Positions 1 to 13,479 of a DNA stretch of 64,000 bases are shown here, one piece after another (the stretch's first letter is position 1; each line of letters opens with the position of its first letter). Source of the DNA: Eledone cirrhosa (lineage: Eukaryota); the NCBI GenBank assembly GCA_964016885.1, contig OZ024758.1, positions 36,828,001-36,892,000 of the forward strand, written 5' to 3'. The notes beneath the pieces were generated by a model. It was not told the origin of the DNA. It ran no database searches and saw only the letters and a program-made list of their open reading frames with translations. The position numbers and the translations under genes are program-made.

Positions 1-3000
1 GAGAATTCATTTAAGTTCATGGTATTAGCTGTCAGAAGTAACTCCACTGTTGGTGAGAATTCATTTAAGTTCATGGTATTAGCTGTCAGAAGGAACTCCA
101 ATGTTGGTGAGAATTCATTTAAGTCATGGTACTAGCTGTCAGAAGTAACTCCACTGTTGGTGAGAATTCATTTAAGTTCATGGTATTAGCTGTCAGAAGT
201 AACTCCACTGTTGGTGAGAATTCATTTAAGTTCATGGTATTAGTTTGTCAGAAGTAACTCCACTGTTGGTGAGAATTCATTTAATTCATGGTATTAGTTG
301 TCAGAAGTAACTCCAATGTTGGTGAGAATTCATTTAAGTCATGGTACTAGCTGTCAGAAGTAACTCCAATGTTGGTGAGAATTCATTTAAGTTCATGGTA
401 TTAGCTGTCAGAAGGAACTCCACTGTTGGCGAGAATTCATTTAAGTTCATGGTACTAGCTGTCAGAAGTAACTCCAATGTTGGTGAGAATTCATTTAAGT
501 TCATGGTATTAGCTGTCAGAAGTAACTCCACTGTTGGTGAGAATTCATTTAAGTCATGGTATTAGCTGTCAGAAGTAACTCCAATGTTGGTGAGAATTCA
601 TTTAAGTTCATGGTACTAGCTGTCAGAAGTAACTCCACTGTTGGTGAGAATTCATTTAAGTTCATGGTATTAGTTTGTCAGAAGTAACTCCACTGTTGGT
701 GAGAATTCATTTAAGTCATGGTATTAGTTGTCAGAAGTTTACTCCAATGTTGGTGAGAAATCATTTAAGTCATGGTATTAGCTGTCAGAAGTAACTCCAT
801 TGTTGGTGAGAATTCATTTAAGTCATGGTACTAGCTGTCAGAAGTAACTCCACTGTTGGTGAGAATTCATTTAAGTTCATGGTATTAGCTGTCAGAAGGA
901 ACTCCACTGTTGGTAAGAATTCATTTAAGTTCATGGTATTAGCTGTCAGAAGTAACTCCACTGTTGGTGAGAATTCATTTAAGTTCATGGTACTAGCTGT
1001 CAGAAGTAACTCCACTGTTGGTGAGAATTCATTTAAGTTCATGGTACTAGCTGTCAGAAGTAACTCCACTGTTGGTGAGAATTCATTTAAGTTCATGGTA
1101 CTAGCTGTCAGAAGTAACCCCAATGTTGGTGAGAATTCATTTAAGTTCATGGTATTAGCTGTCAGAAGTCACTCCAATGTTGGTGAGAATTCATTTAAGT
1201 TCATGGTATTAGCTGTGAGAAGTCACTCCACTGTTGGTGAGAATTCATTTAAGTTCATGGTATTAGCTGTCAGAAGTACGTCCACTGTTGGTGAGAATTC
1301 ATTTAAGTTCATGGTATTAGCTGTCAGAAGTAACTCCACTGTTGGTGAGAATTCATTTAAGTTCATGGTATTAGCTGTCAGAAGGAACTCCAATGTTGGT
1401 GAGAATTCATTTAAGTCATGGTACTAGCTGTCCGAAGTAACTCCACTGTTGGTGAGAATTCATTTAAGTTCATGGTATTAGCTGTCAGAAGTAACTCCAC
1501 TGTTGGTGAGAATTCATTTAAGTTCATGGTACTAGCTGTCAGAAGTAACTCCAATGTTGGTGAGAATTCATTTAAGTTCATGGTATTAGCTGTCAGAAGG
1601 AACTCCACTGTTGGTGAGAATTCATTTAAGTTCATGGTATTAGCTGTCAGAAGTAACTCCACTGTTGGTGAGAATTCATTTAAGTTCATGGTACTAGTTG
1701 TCAGAAGTAACTCCACTGTTGGTGAGAATTCATTTAAGTTCATGTTACTAGCTGTCAGAAGTAACTCCACTGTTGGTGAGAATTCATTTAAGTTCATGGT
1801 ATTAGTTTGTCAGAAGTAACTCCACTGTTGGTGAGAATTCATTTAAGTTCATGGTATTAGCTGTCAGAAGTAACTCCACTGTTGGTGAGAATTCATTTAA
1901 GTCATGGTATTAGTTGTCAGAAGTAACTCCAATGTTGGTGAGAATTCATTTAAGTTCATGGTTCTAGCTGTCAGAAGTAACTCCACTGTTGGTGAGAATT
2001 CATTTAAGTTCATGGTATTAGCTGTCAGAAGTAACTCCACTGTTGGTGAGAATTCATTTAAGTCATGGTATTATCTGTCAGAAGTAACTCCATTGTTGGT
2101 GAGAATTCATTTAAGTCATGGTACTAGCTGTCAGAAGTAACTCCACTGTTGGTGAGAATTCATTTAATTCATGGTATTAGTTGTCAGAAGTAACTCCAAT
2201 GTTGGTGAGAATTCATTTAAGTTCAAGGTACTAGCTGTCAGAAGTAACTCCACTGTTGGTGAGAATTCATTTAAGTTCATGGTATTAGCTGTCAGAAGTA
2301 ACTCCACTGTTGGTGAGAATTCATTTAAGTTCATGGTATTAGCTGTCAGAAGGAACTCCACTGTTGGTGAGAATTCATTTAAGTTCATGGTACTAGCTGT
2401 CAGAAGTAACTCCACTGTTGGTGAGAATTCATTTAAGTTCATGGTATTAGCTGTCAGAAGTAACTCCACTGTTGGTGAGAATTCATTTAAGTTCATGGTA
2501 TTAGCTGTCAGAAGTAACTCCACTGTTGGTGAGAATTCATTTAAGTTCATGGTACTAGCTGTCAGAAGTAACTCCACTGTTGGTGAGAATTCATTTAATT
2601 CATGGTATTAGTTGTCAGAAGTCACTCCACTGTTGGTGAGAATTCATTTAAGTTCATGGTACTAGCTGTCAGAAGTACCTCCACTGTTGGTGAGAATTCA
2701 TTTAAGTTCATGGTATTAGCTGTCAGAAGTAACTCCACTGTTGGTGAGAATTCATTTAAGTTCATGGTATTAGCTGTCAGAAGGAACTCCAATGTTGGTG
2801 AGAATTCATTTAAGTCATGGTACTAGCTGTCAGAAGTAACTCCACTGTTGGTGAGAATTCATTTAAGTTCATGGTATTAGCTGTCAGAAGTAACTCCACT
2901 GTTGGTGAGAATTCATTTAAGTTCATGGTATTAGTTTGTCAGAAGTAACTCCACTGTTGGTGAGAATTCATTTAATTCATGGTATTAGTTGTCAGAAGTA

Positions 3001-5289
3001 ACTCCAATGTTGGTGAGAATTCATTTAAGTCATGGTACTAGCTGTCAGAAGTAACTCCAATGTTGGTGAGAATTCATTTAAGTTCATGGTATTAGCTGTC
3101 AGAAGGAACTCCACTGTTGGCGAGAATTCATTTAAGTTCATGGTACTAGCTGTCAGAAGTAACTCCAATGTTGGTGAGAATTCATTTAAGTTCATGGTAT
3201 TAGCTGTCAGAAGTAACTCCACTGTTGGTGAGAATTCATTTAAGTCATGGTATTAGCTGTCAGAAGTAACTCCAATGTTGGTGAGAATTCATTTAAGTTC
3301 ATGGTACTAGCTGTCAGAAGTAACTCCACTGTTGGTGAGAATTCATTTAAGTTCATGGTATTAGTTTGTCAGAAGTAACTCCACTGTTGGTGAGAATTCA
3401 TTTAAGTCATGGTATTAGTTGTCAGAAGTTTACTCCAATGTTGGTGAGAAATCATTTAAGTCATGGTATTAGCTGTCAGAAGTAACTCCATTGTTGGTGA
3501 GAATTCATTTAAGTCATGGTACTAGCTGTCAGAAGTAACTCCACTGTTGGTGAGAATTCATTTAAGTTCATGGTATTAGCTGTCAGAAGGAACTCCACTG
3601 TTGGTAAGAATTCATTTAAGTTCATGGTATTAGCTGTCAGAAGTAACTCCACTGTTGGTGAGAATTCATTTAAGTTCATGGTACTAGCTGTCAGAAGTAA
3701 CTCCACTGTTGGTGAGAATTCATTTAAGTTCATGGTACTAGCTGTCAGAAGTAACTCCACTGTTGGTGAGAATTCATTTAAGTTCATGGTACTAGCTGTC
3801 AGAAGTAACCCCAATGTTGGTGAGAATTCATTTAAGTTCATGGTATTAGCTGTCAGAAGTCACTCCAATGTTGGTGAGAATTCATTTAAGTTCATGGTAT
3901 TAGCTGTGAGAAGTCACTCCACTGTTGGTGAGAATTCATTTAAGTTCATGGTATTAGCTGTCAGAAGTACGTCCACTGTTGGTGAGAATTCATTTAAGTT
4001 CATGGTATTAGCTGTCAGAAGTAACTCCACTGTTGGTGAGAATTCATTTAAGTTCATGGTATTAGCTGTCAGAAGGAACTCCAATGTTGGTGAGAATTCA
4101 TTTAAGTCATGGTACTAGCTGTCCGAAGTAACTCCACTGTTGGTGAGAATTCATTTAAGTTCATGGTATTAGCTGTCAGAAGTAACTCCACTGTTGGTGA
4201 GAATTCATTTAAGTTCATGGTACTAGCTGTCAGAAGTAACTCCAATGTTGGTGAGAATTCATTTAAGTTCATGGTATTAGCTGTCAGAAGGAACTCCACT
4301 GTTGGTGAGAATTCATTTAAGTTCATGGTATTAGCTGTCAGAAGTAACTCCACTGTTGGTGAGAATTCATTTAAGTTCATGGTACTAGTTGTCAGAAGTA
4401 ACTCCACTGTTGGTGAGAATTCATTTAAGTTCATGTTACTAGCTGTCAGAAGTAACTCCACTGTTGGTGAGAATTCATTTAAGTTCATGGTATTAGTTTG
4501 TCAGAAGTAACTCCACTGTTGGTGAGAATTCATTTAAGTTCATGGTATTAGCTGTCAGAAGTAACTCCACTGTTGGTGAGAATTCATTTAAGTCATGGTA
4601 TTAGTTGTCAGAAGTAACTCCAATGTTGGTGAGAATTCATTTAAGTTCATGGTTCTAGCTGTCAGAAGTAACTCCACTGTTGGTGAGAATTCATTTAAGT
4701 TCATGGTATTAGCTGTCAGAAGTAACTCCACTGTTGGTGAGAATTCATTTAAGTCATGGTATTATCTGTCAGAAGTAACTCCATTGTTGGTGAGAATTCA
4801 TTTAAGTCATGGTACTAGCTGTCAGAAGTAACTCCACTGTTGGTGAGAATTCATTTAATTCATGGTATTAGTTGTCAGAAGTAACTCCAATGTTGGTGAG
4901 AATTCATTTAAGTTCAAGGTACTAGCTGTCAGAAGTAACTCCACTGTTGGTGAGAATTCATTTAAGTTCATGGTATTAGCTGTCAGAAGTAACTCCACTG
5001 TTGGTGAGAATTCATTTAAGTTCATGGTATTAGCTGTCAGAAGGAACTCCACTGTTGGTGAGAATTCATTTAAGTTCATGGTACTAGCTGTCAGAAGTAA
5101 CTCCACTGTTGGTGAGAATTCATTTAAGTTCATGGTATTAGCTGTCAGAAGTAACTCCACTGTTGGTGAGAATTCATTTAAGTTCATGGTATTAGCTGTC
5201 AGAAGTAACTCCACTGTTGGTGAGAATTCATTTAAGTTCATGGTACTAGCTGTCAGAAGTAACTCCACTGTTGGTGAGAATTCATTTAA
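1..5289. repeat. Higher-order tandem duplication, 2691-bp period (~50 monomers); copies 1-2598 and 2692-5289
   Basis: ORF pairs 341/3032, 825/3516, 1418/4109, 1904/4595 and 2171/4862 are all offset by 2691. Rare variants GGCGAG, GTCCGAAG, GTACGTCC, GGTTCTAG, TTCAAGG and TTATCTG are present in both copies. The match breaks at about 2599/5290. Confidence 0.92.
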
Positions 5290-7749
5290 GTTCATGGTAT
5301 TAGCTGTCAGAAGTAACTCCACTGTTGGTGAGAATTCATTTAAGTCATGGTATTATCTGTCAGAAGTAACTCCATTGTTGGTAAGAATTCATTTAAGTTC
5401 ATGGTATTAGCTGTCAGAAGTAACTCCACTGTTGGTGAGAATTCATTTAAGTTCATGGTATTAGCTGTCAGAAGTAACTCCACTGTTGGTGAGAATTCAT
5501 TTAAGTCATGGTATTAGTTGTCAGAAGTAACTCCACTGTTGGTGAGAATTCATTTAAGTTCATGGTACTAGCTGTCAGAAGTAACCCCAATGTTGGTGAG
5601 AATTCATTTAAGTTCATGGTATTAGCTGTCAGAAGTCACTCCAATGTTGGTGAGAATTCATTTAAGTTCATGGTATTAGCTGTGAGAAGTCACTCCACTG
5701 TTGGTGAGAATTCATTTAAGTTCATGGTATTAGCTGTCAGAAGTACGTCCACTGTTGGTGAGAATTCATTTAAGTTCATGGTATTAGCTGTCAGAAGTAA
5801 CTCCACTGTTGGTGAGAATTCATTTAAGTTCATGGTATTAGCTGTCAGAAGGAACTCCAATGTTGGTGAGAATTCATTTAAGTCATGGTACTAGCTGTCC
5901 GAAGTAACTCCACTGTTGGTGAGAATTCATTTAAGTTCATGGTATTAGCTGTCAGAAGTAACTCCACTGTTGGTGAGAATTCATTTAAGTTCATGGTACT
6001 AGCTGTCAGAAGTAACTCCAATGTTGGTGAGAATTCATTTAAGTTCATGGTATTAGCTGTCAGAAGGAACTCCACTGTTGGTGAGAATTCATTTAAGTTC
6101 ATGGTATTAGCTGTCAGAAGTAACTCCACTGTTGGTGAGAATTCATTTAAGTTCATGGTACTAGTTGTCAGAAGTAACTCCACTGTTGGTGAGAATTCAT
6201 TTAAGTTCATGTTACTAGCTGTCAGAAGTAACTCCATTGTTGGTGAGAATTCATTTAAGTTCATGGTATTAGCTGTCAGAAGTAACTCCACTGTTGGTGA
6301 GAATTCATTTAAGTCATGGTATTAGCTGTCAGAAGTAACTCCAATGTTGGTGAGAATTCATTTAAGTTCATGGTATTAGCTGTCAGAAGTAACTCCACTG
6401 TTGGTGAGAATTCATTTAAGTTCACGGTACTAGCTGTCAGAAGTAACTCCACTGTTGGTGAGAATTCATTTAAGTTCATGGTATTAGTTTGTCAGAAGTA
6501 ACTCCACTGTTGGTGAGAATTCATTTAAGTCGTGGTATTAGTTGTCAGAAGTTTACTCCAATGTTGGTGAGAATTCATTTAAGTTCATGGTACTAGCTGT
6601 CAGAAGTAACTCCACTGTTGGTGAGAATTCATTTAAGTTCATGGTATTAGCTGTCAGAAGTAACTCCACTGTTGGTGAGAATTCATTTAAGTCATGGTAT
6701 TAGCTGTCAGAAGTAACTCCACTGTTGGTGAGAATTCATTTAAGTTCATGGTATTAGCTGTCAGAAGTAACTCCACTGTCGGTGAGAATTCATTTAAGTC
6801 ATGGTATTAGCTGTCAGAAGTAACTCCATTGTTGGTGAGAATTCATTTAAGTCATGGTACTAGCTGTCAGAAGTAACTCCACTGTTGGTGAGAATTCATT
6901 TAAGTTCATGGTATTAGCTGTCAGAAGGAACTCCACTGTTGGTAAGAATTCATTTAAGTTCATGGTATTAGCTGTCAGAAGTAACTCCACTGTTGGTGAG
7001 AATTCATTTGAGTTCATGGTACTAGCTGTCAGAAGTAACTCCACTGTTGGTGAGAATTCATTTAAGTTCATGGTACTAGCTGTCAGAAGTAACTCCACTG
7101 TTGGTGAGAATTCATTTAAGTTCATGGTACTAGCTGTCAGAAGTAACCCCAATGTTGGTGAGAATTCATTTAAGTTCATGGTATTAGCTGTCAGAAGTCA
7201 CTCCAATGTTGGTGAGAATTCATTTAAGTTCATGGTATTAGCTGTCAGAAGTCACTCCACTGTTGGTGAGAATTCATTTAAGTTCATGGTATTAGCTGTC
7301 AGAAGTACCTCCACTGTTGGTGAGAATTCATTTAAGTTCATGGTATTAGCTGTCAGAAGTAACTCCACTGTTGGTGAGAATTCATTTAAGTTCATGGTAT
7401 TAGCTGTCAGAAGTAACTCCACTGTTGGTGAGAATTCATTTAAGTTCATGGTACTAGCTGTCAGAAGTAACTCCACTGTTGGTGAGAATTCATTTAAGTT
7501 CATGGTACTAGCTGTCAGAAGTAACTCCACTGTTGGTGAGAATTCATTTAAGTTCATGGTACTAGCTGTCAGAAGTAACCCCAATGTTGGTGAGAATTCA
7601 TTTAAGTTCATGGTATTAGCTGTCAGAAGTCACTCCAATGTTGGTGAGAATTCATTTAAGTTCATGGTATTAGCTGTGAGAAGTCACTCCACTGTTGGTG
7701 AGAATTCATTTAAGTTCATGGTACTAGCTGTCAGAAGTACCTCCACTGT

Positions 7750-9590
7750 TGGTGAGAATTCATTTAAGTTCATGGTATTAGCTGTCAGAAGGAACTCCAA
7801 TGTTGGTGAGAATTCATTTAAGTCATGGTACTAGCTGTCAGAAGTAACTCCACTGTTGGTGAGAATTCATTTAAGTTCATGGTATTAGCTGTCAGAAGTA
7901 ACTCCACTGTTGGTGAGAATTCATTTAAGTTCATGGTATTAGTTTGTCAGAAGTAACTCCACTGTTGGTGAGAATTCATTTAATTCATGGTATTAGTTGT
8001 CAGAGGTAACTCCAATGTTGGTGAGAATTCATTTAAGTCATGGTACTAGCTGTCAGAAGTAACTCCAATGTTGGTGAGAATTCATTTAAGTTCATGGTAT
8101 TAGCTGTCAGAAGGAACTCCACTGTTGGCGAGAATTCATTTAAGTTCATGGTACTAGCTGTCAGAAGTAACTCCAATGTTGGTGAGAATTCATTTAAGTT
8201 CATGGTATTAGCTGTCAGAAGTAACTCCACTGTTGGTGAGAATTCATTTAAGTCATGGTATTAGCTGTCAGAAGTAACTCCAATGTTGGTGAGAATTCAT
8301 TTAAGTTCATGGTACTAGCTGTCAGAAGTAACTCCACTGTTGGTGAGAATTCATTTAAGTTCATGGTATTAGTTTGTCAGAAGTAACTCCACTGTTGGTG
8401 AGAATTCATTTAAGTCATGGTATTAGTTGTCAGAAGTTTACTCCAATGTTGGTGAGAAATCATTTAAGTCATGGTATTAGCTGTCAGAAGTAACTCCATT
8501 GTTGGTGAGAATTCATTTAAGTCATGGTACTAGCTGTCAGAAGTAACTCCACTGTTGGTGAGAATTCATTTAAGTTCATGGTATTAGCTGTCAGAAGGAA
8601 CTCCACTGTTGGTAAGAATTCATTTAAGTTCATGGTATTAGCTGTCAGAAGTAACTCCACTGTTGGTGAGAATTCATTTAAGTTCATGGTACTAGCTGTC
8701 AGAAGTAACTCCACTGTTGGTGAGAATTCATTTAAGTTCATGGTACTAGCTGTCAGAAGTAACTCCACTGTTGGTGAGAATTCATTTAATTTCATGGTAC
8801 TAGCTGTCAGAAGTAACCCCAATGTTGGTGAGAATTCATTTAAGTTCATGGTATTAGCTGTCAGAAGTCACTCCAATGTTGGTGAGAATTCATTTAAGTT
8901 CATGGTATTAGCTGTGAGAAGTCACTCCACTGTTGGTGAGAATTCATTTAAGTTCATGGTATTAGCTGTCAGAAGTACGTCCACTGTTGGTGAGAATTCA
9001 TTTAAGTTCATGGTATTAGCTGTCAGAAGTAACTCCACTGTTGGTGAGAATTCATTTAAGTTCATGGTATTAGCTGTCAGAAGGAACTCCAATGTTGGTG
9101 AGAATTCATTTAAGTCATGGTACTAGCTGTCCGAAGTAACTCCACTGTTGGTGAGAATTCATTTAAGTTCATGGTATTAGCTGTCAGAAGTAACTCCACT
9201 GTTGGTGAGAATTCATTTAAGTTCATGGTACTAGCTGTCAGAAGTAACTCCAATGTTGGTGAGAATTCATTTAAGTTCATGGTATTAGCTGTCAGAAGGA
9301 ACTCCACTGTTGGTGAGAATTCATTTAAGTTCATGGTATTAGCTGTCAGAAGTAACTCCACTGTTGGTGAGAATTCATTTAAGTTCATGGTACTAGTTGT
9401 CAGAAGTAACTCCACTGTTGGTGAGAATTCATTTAAGTTCATGTTACTAGCTGTCAGAAGTAACTCCACTGTTGGTGAGAATTCATTTAAGTTCATGGTA
9501 TTAGTTTGTCAGAAGTAACTCCACTGTTGGTGAGAATTCATTTAAGTTCATGGTATTAGCTGTCAGAAGTAACTCCACTGTTGGTGAGAA
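7750..9590. repeat. Third partial copy of the left-domain higher-order block (offset 7699 from ~55-1895)
   Basis: ORFs 334/8033, 818/8517 and 1411/9110 are offset by 7699. GGCGAG, GAGAAATC, GTACGTCC and GTCCGAAG are shared in the same order. Confidence 0.85.
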
Positions 9591-12500
9591 TTCATTTAAG
9601 TTCATGGTACTAGCTGTCAGAAGTAACTCCAATGTTGGTGAGAATTCATTTAAGTTCATGGTATTAGCTGTCAGAAGTAACTCCACTGTTGGTGAGAATT
9701 CATTTAAGTCATGGTATTAGCTGTCAGAAGTAACTCCAATGTTGGTGAGAATTCATTTAAGTTCATGGTATTAGCTGTCAGAAGTAACTCCACTGTTGGT
9801 GAGAATTCATTTAAGTTCACGGTACTAGCTGTCAGAAGTAACTCCACTGTTGGTGAGAATTCATTTAAGTTCATGGTATTAGTTTGTCAGAAGTAACTCC
9901 ACTGTTGGTGAGAATTCATTTAAGTCGTGGTATTAGTTGTCAGAAGTTTACTCCAATGTTGGTGAGAATTCATTTAAGTTCATGGTACTAGCTGTCAGAA
10001 GTAACTCCACTGTTGGTGAGAATTCATTTAAGTTCATGGTATTAGCTGTCAGAAGTAACTCCACTGTTGGTGAGAATTCATTTAAGTCATGGTATTAGCT
10101 GTCAGAAGTAACTCCACTGTTGGTGAGAATTCATTTAAGTTCATGGTATTAGCTGTCAGAAGTAACTCCACTGTTGGTGAGAATTGATTTAAGTTCATGG
10201 TACTAGCTGTCAGAAGTAACTCCACTGTTGGTGAGAATTCAGTTAAGTTCATGGTATTAGTTGTCAGAAGTAACTCCACTGTTGGTGAGAATTCATTTAA
10301 ATCATGGTATTAGTTGTCAGAAGTAACTCCAATGTTGGTGAGAATTCATTTAATTTCATGGTACTAGCTGTCAGAAGTAACTCCACTGTTGGTGAGAAAT
10401 CATTTAAGTCATGGTATTAGTTGTCAGAAGTAACTCCAATGTTGGTGAGAATTCATTTAAGTTCATGGTACTAGCTGTCAGAAGTAACTCCACTGTTGGT
10501 GAGAATTCATTTAAGTTCATGGTATTAGCTGTCAGAAGTAACTCCACTGTTGGTGAGAATTCATTTAAGTCATGGTATTAGTTGTCAGAAGTAACTCCAA
10601 TGTTGGTGAGAATTCATTTAAGTTCATGGTACTAGCTGTCAGAAGTAACTCCACTGTTGGTGAGAATTCATTTAAGTTCATGGTATTAGCTGTCAGAAGT
10701 AACTCCACTGTTGGTGAGAATTCATTTAAGTCATGGTATTAGCTGTCAGAAGTAACTCCAATGTTGGTGAGAATTCATTTAAGTCTTGGTACTAGCTGTC
10801 AGAAGTAACTCCAATGTTGGTGAGAATTCAGTTAAGTTCATGGTATTAGCTGTCAGAAGGAACTCCACTGTTGGTGAGAATTCATTTAAGTTCATGGTAT
10901 TAGCTGTCAGAAGTAACTCCACTGTTGGTGAGAATTCATTTAAATCATGGTAATTGTTGTCAGAAGTAACTCCAATGTTGGTGAGAATTCATTTAAGTTC
11001 ATGGTACTAGCTGTCAGAAGTAACTCCACTGTTGGTGAGAATTCATTTAAGTTCATGGTATTAGCTGTCAGAAGTAACTCCACTGTTGGTGAGAATTCAT
11101 TTAAGTCATGGTATTAGCTGTCAGAAGTAACTCCATTGTTGGTGAGAATTCATTTAAGTCATGGTACTAGCTGTCAGAAGTAACTCCACTGTTGGTGAGA
11201 ATTCATTTAAGTTCATGGTATTAGCTGTCAGAAGGAACTCCACTGTTGGTAAGAATTCATTTAAGTTCATGGTATTAGCTGTCAGAAGTAACTCCACTGT
11301 TGGTGAGAATTCATTTAATTCATGGTACTAGCTGTCAGAAGTAACTCCACTGTTGGTGAGAATTCATTTAAGTTCATGGTACTAGCTGTCAGAAGTAACT
11401 CCACTGTTGGTGAGAATTCATTTAAGTTCATGGTACTAGCTGTCAGAAGTAACCCCAATGTTGGTGAGAATTCATTTAAGTTCATGGTATTAGCTGTCAG
11501 AAGTCACTCCAATGTTGGTGAGAATTCATTTAAGTTCATGGTATTAGCTGTGAGAAGTCACTCCACTGTTGGTGAGAATTCATTTAAGTTCATGGTATTA
11601 GCTGTCAGAAGTACCTCCACTGTTGGTGAGAATTCATTTAAGTTCATGGTATTAGCTGTCAGAAGTAACTCCACTGTTGGTGAGAATTCATTTAAGTTCA
11701 TGGTATTAGCTGTCAGAAGTAACTCCACTGTTGGTGAGAATTCATTTAAGTTCATGGTACTAGCTGTCAGAAGTAACTCCACTGTTGGTGAGAATTGATT
11801 TAAGTTCATGGTACTAGCTGTCAGAAGTAACTCCACTGTTGGTGAGAATTCATTTAAGTTCATGGTACTAGCTGTCAGAAGTAACCCCAATGTTGGTGAG
11901 AATTCATTTAAGTTTATGGTATTAGCTGTCAGAAGTCACTCCAATGTTGGTGAGAATTCATTTAAGTTCATGGTATTAGCGGTGAGAAGTCACTCCACTG
12001 TTGGTGAGAATTCATTTAAGTTCATGGTATTAGCTGTCAGAAGTACCTCCACTGTTGGTGAGAATTCATTTAAGTTCATGGTATTAGCTGTCAGAAGTAA
12101 CTCCACTGTTGGTGAGAATTCATTTAAGTTCATGGTATTAGCTGTCAGAAGGAACTCCAATGTTGGTGAGAATTCATTTAAGTCATGGTACTAGCTGTCA
12201 GAAGTAACTCCACTGTTGGTGAGAATTCATTTAAGTTCATGGTATTAGCTGTCAGAAGTAACTCCACTGTTGGTGAGAATTCATTTAAGTTCATGGTATT
12301 AGTTTGTCAGAAGTAACTCCACTGTTGGTGAGAATTCATTTAATTCATGGTATTAGTTGTCAGAAGTAACTCCAATGTTGGTGAGAATTCATTTAAGTCA
12401 TGGTACTAGCTGTCAGAAGTAACTCCAATGTTGGTGAGAATTCATTTAAGTTCATGGTATTAGCTGTCAGAAGGAACTCCACTGTTGGTGAGAATTCATT

Positions 12501-13479
12501 TAAGTTCATGGTATTAGCTGTCAGAAGTAACTCCACTGTTGGCGAGAATTCATTTAAGTTCATGGTACTAGCTGTCAGAAGTAACTCCAATGTTGGTGAG
12601 AATTCATTTAAGTTCATGGTATTAGCTGTCAGAAGTAACTCCACTGTTGGTGAGAATTCATTTAAGTCATGGTATTAGCTGTCAGAAGTAACTCCAATGT
12701 TGGTGAGAATTCATTTAAGTTCATGGTACTAGCTGTCAGAAGTAACTCCACTGTTGGTGAGAATTCATTTAAGTTCATGGTATTAGTTTGTCAGAAGTAA
12801 CTCCACTGTTGGTGAGAATTCATTTAAGTCATGGTATTAGTTGTCAGAAGTTTACTCCAATGTTGGTGAGAATTCATTTAAGTTCATGGTACTAGCTGTC
12901 AGAAGTAACTCCACTGTTGGTGAGAATTCATTTAAGTTCATGGTATTAGCTGTCAGAAGTAACTCCACTGTTGGTGAGAATTCATTTAAGTCATGGTATT
13001 AGCTGTCAGAAGTAACTCCAATGTTGGTGAGAATTCATTTAAGTCATGGTACTAGCTGTCAGAAGTAACTCCAATGTTGGTGAGAATTCAGTTAAGTTCA
13101 TGGTATTAGCTGTCAGAAGGAACTCCACTGTTGGTGAGAATTCATTTAAGTTCATGGTATTAGCTGTCAGAAGTAACTCCACTGTTGGTGAGAATTCATT
13201 TAAGTTCATGGTACTAGCTGTCAGAAGTAACTCCACTGTTGGTGAGAATTCATTTAAGTTCATGGTACTAGCTGTCAGAAGTAACTCCACTGTTGGTGAG
13301 AATTCAGTTAAGTTCATGGTATTAGTTGTCAGAAGTAACTCCACTGTTGGTGAGAATTCATTTAAATCATGGTATTAGTTGTCAGAAGTAACTCCAATGT
13401 TGGTGAGAATTCATTTAATTTCATGGTACTAGCTGTCAGAAGTAACTCCACTGTTGGTGAGAATTCATTTAAGTCATGG

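Noticed and set aside
1-54. Sub-repeat inside the monomer (TTCAT at 10-bp spacing, CTGT at 18-bp spacing) suggesting a 3x18 or 2x27 origin
   Set aside because: Halves and thirds of the monomer do not align beyond 4-5 bp, which is insufficient support.
41-62. Hairpin or terminator from CCA(C/A)TGTTGG and the short palindromes GAATTC, TTAA, CATG, AGCT
   Set aside because: The stems are only 3-4 bp, there is no U-tract, and such short palindromes are expected by chance.
1141-1260. Resemblance of HSTVGENSFKF to the C2H2 zinc-finger linker HTGEKPFKC
   Set aside because: There is no Cys/His ligand pattern, the period is 54 bp rather than 84 bp, and the similarity covers only a few residues.
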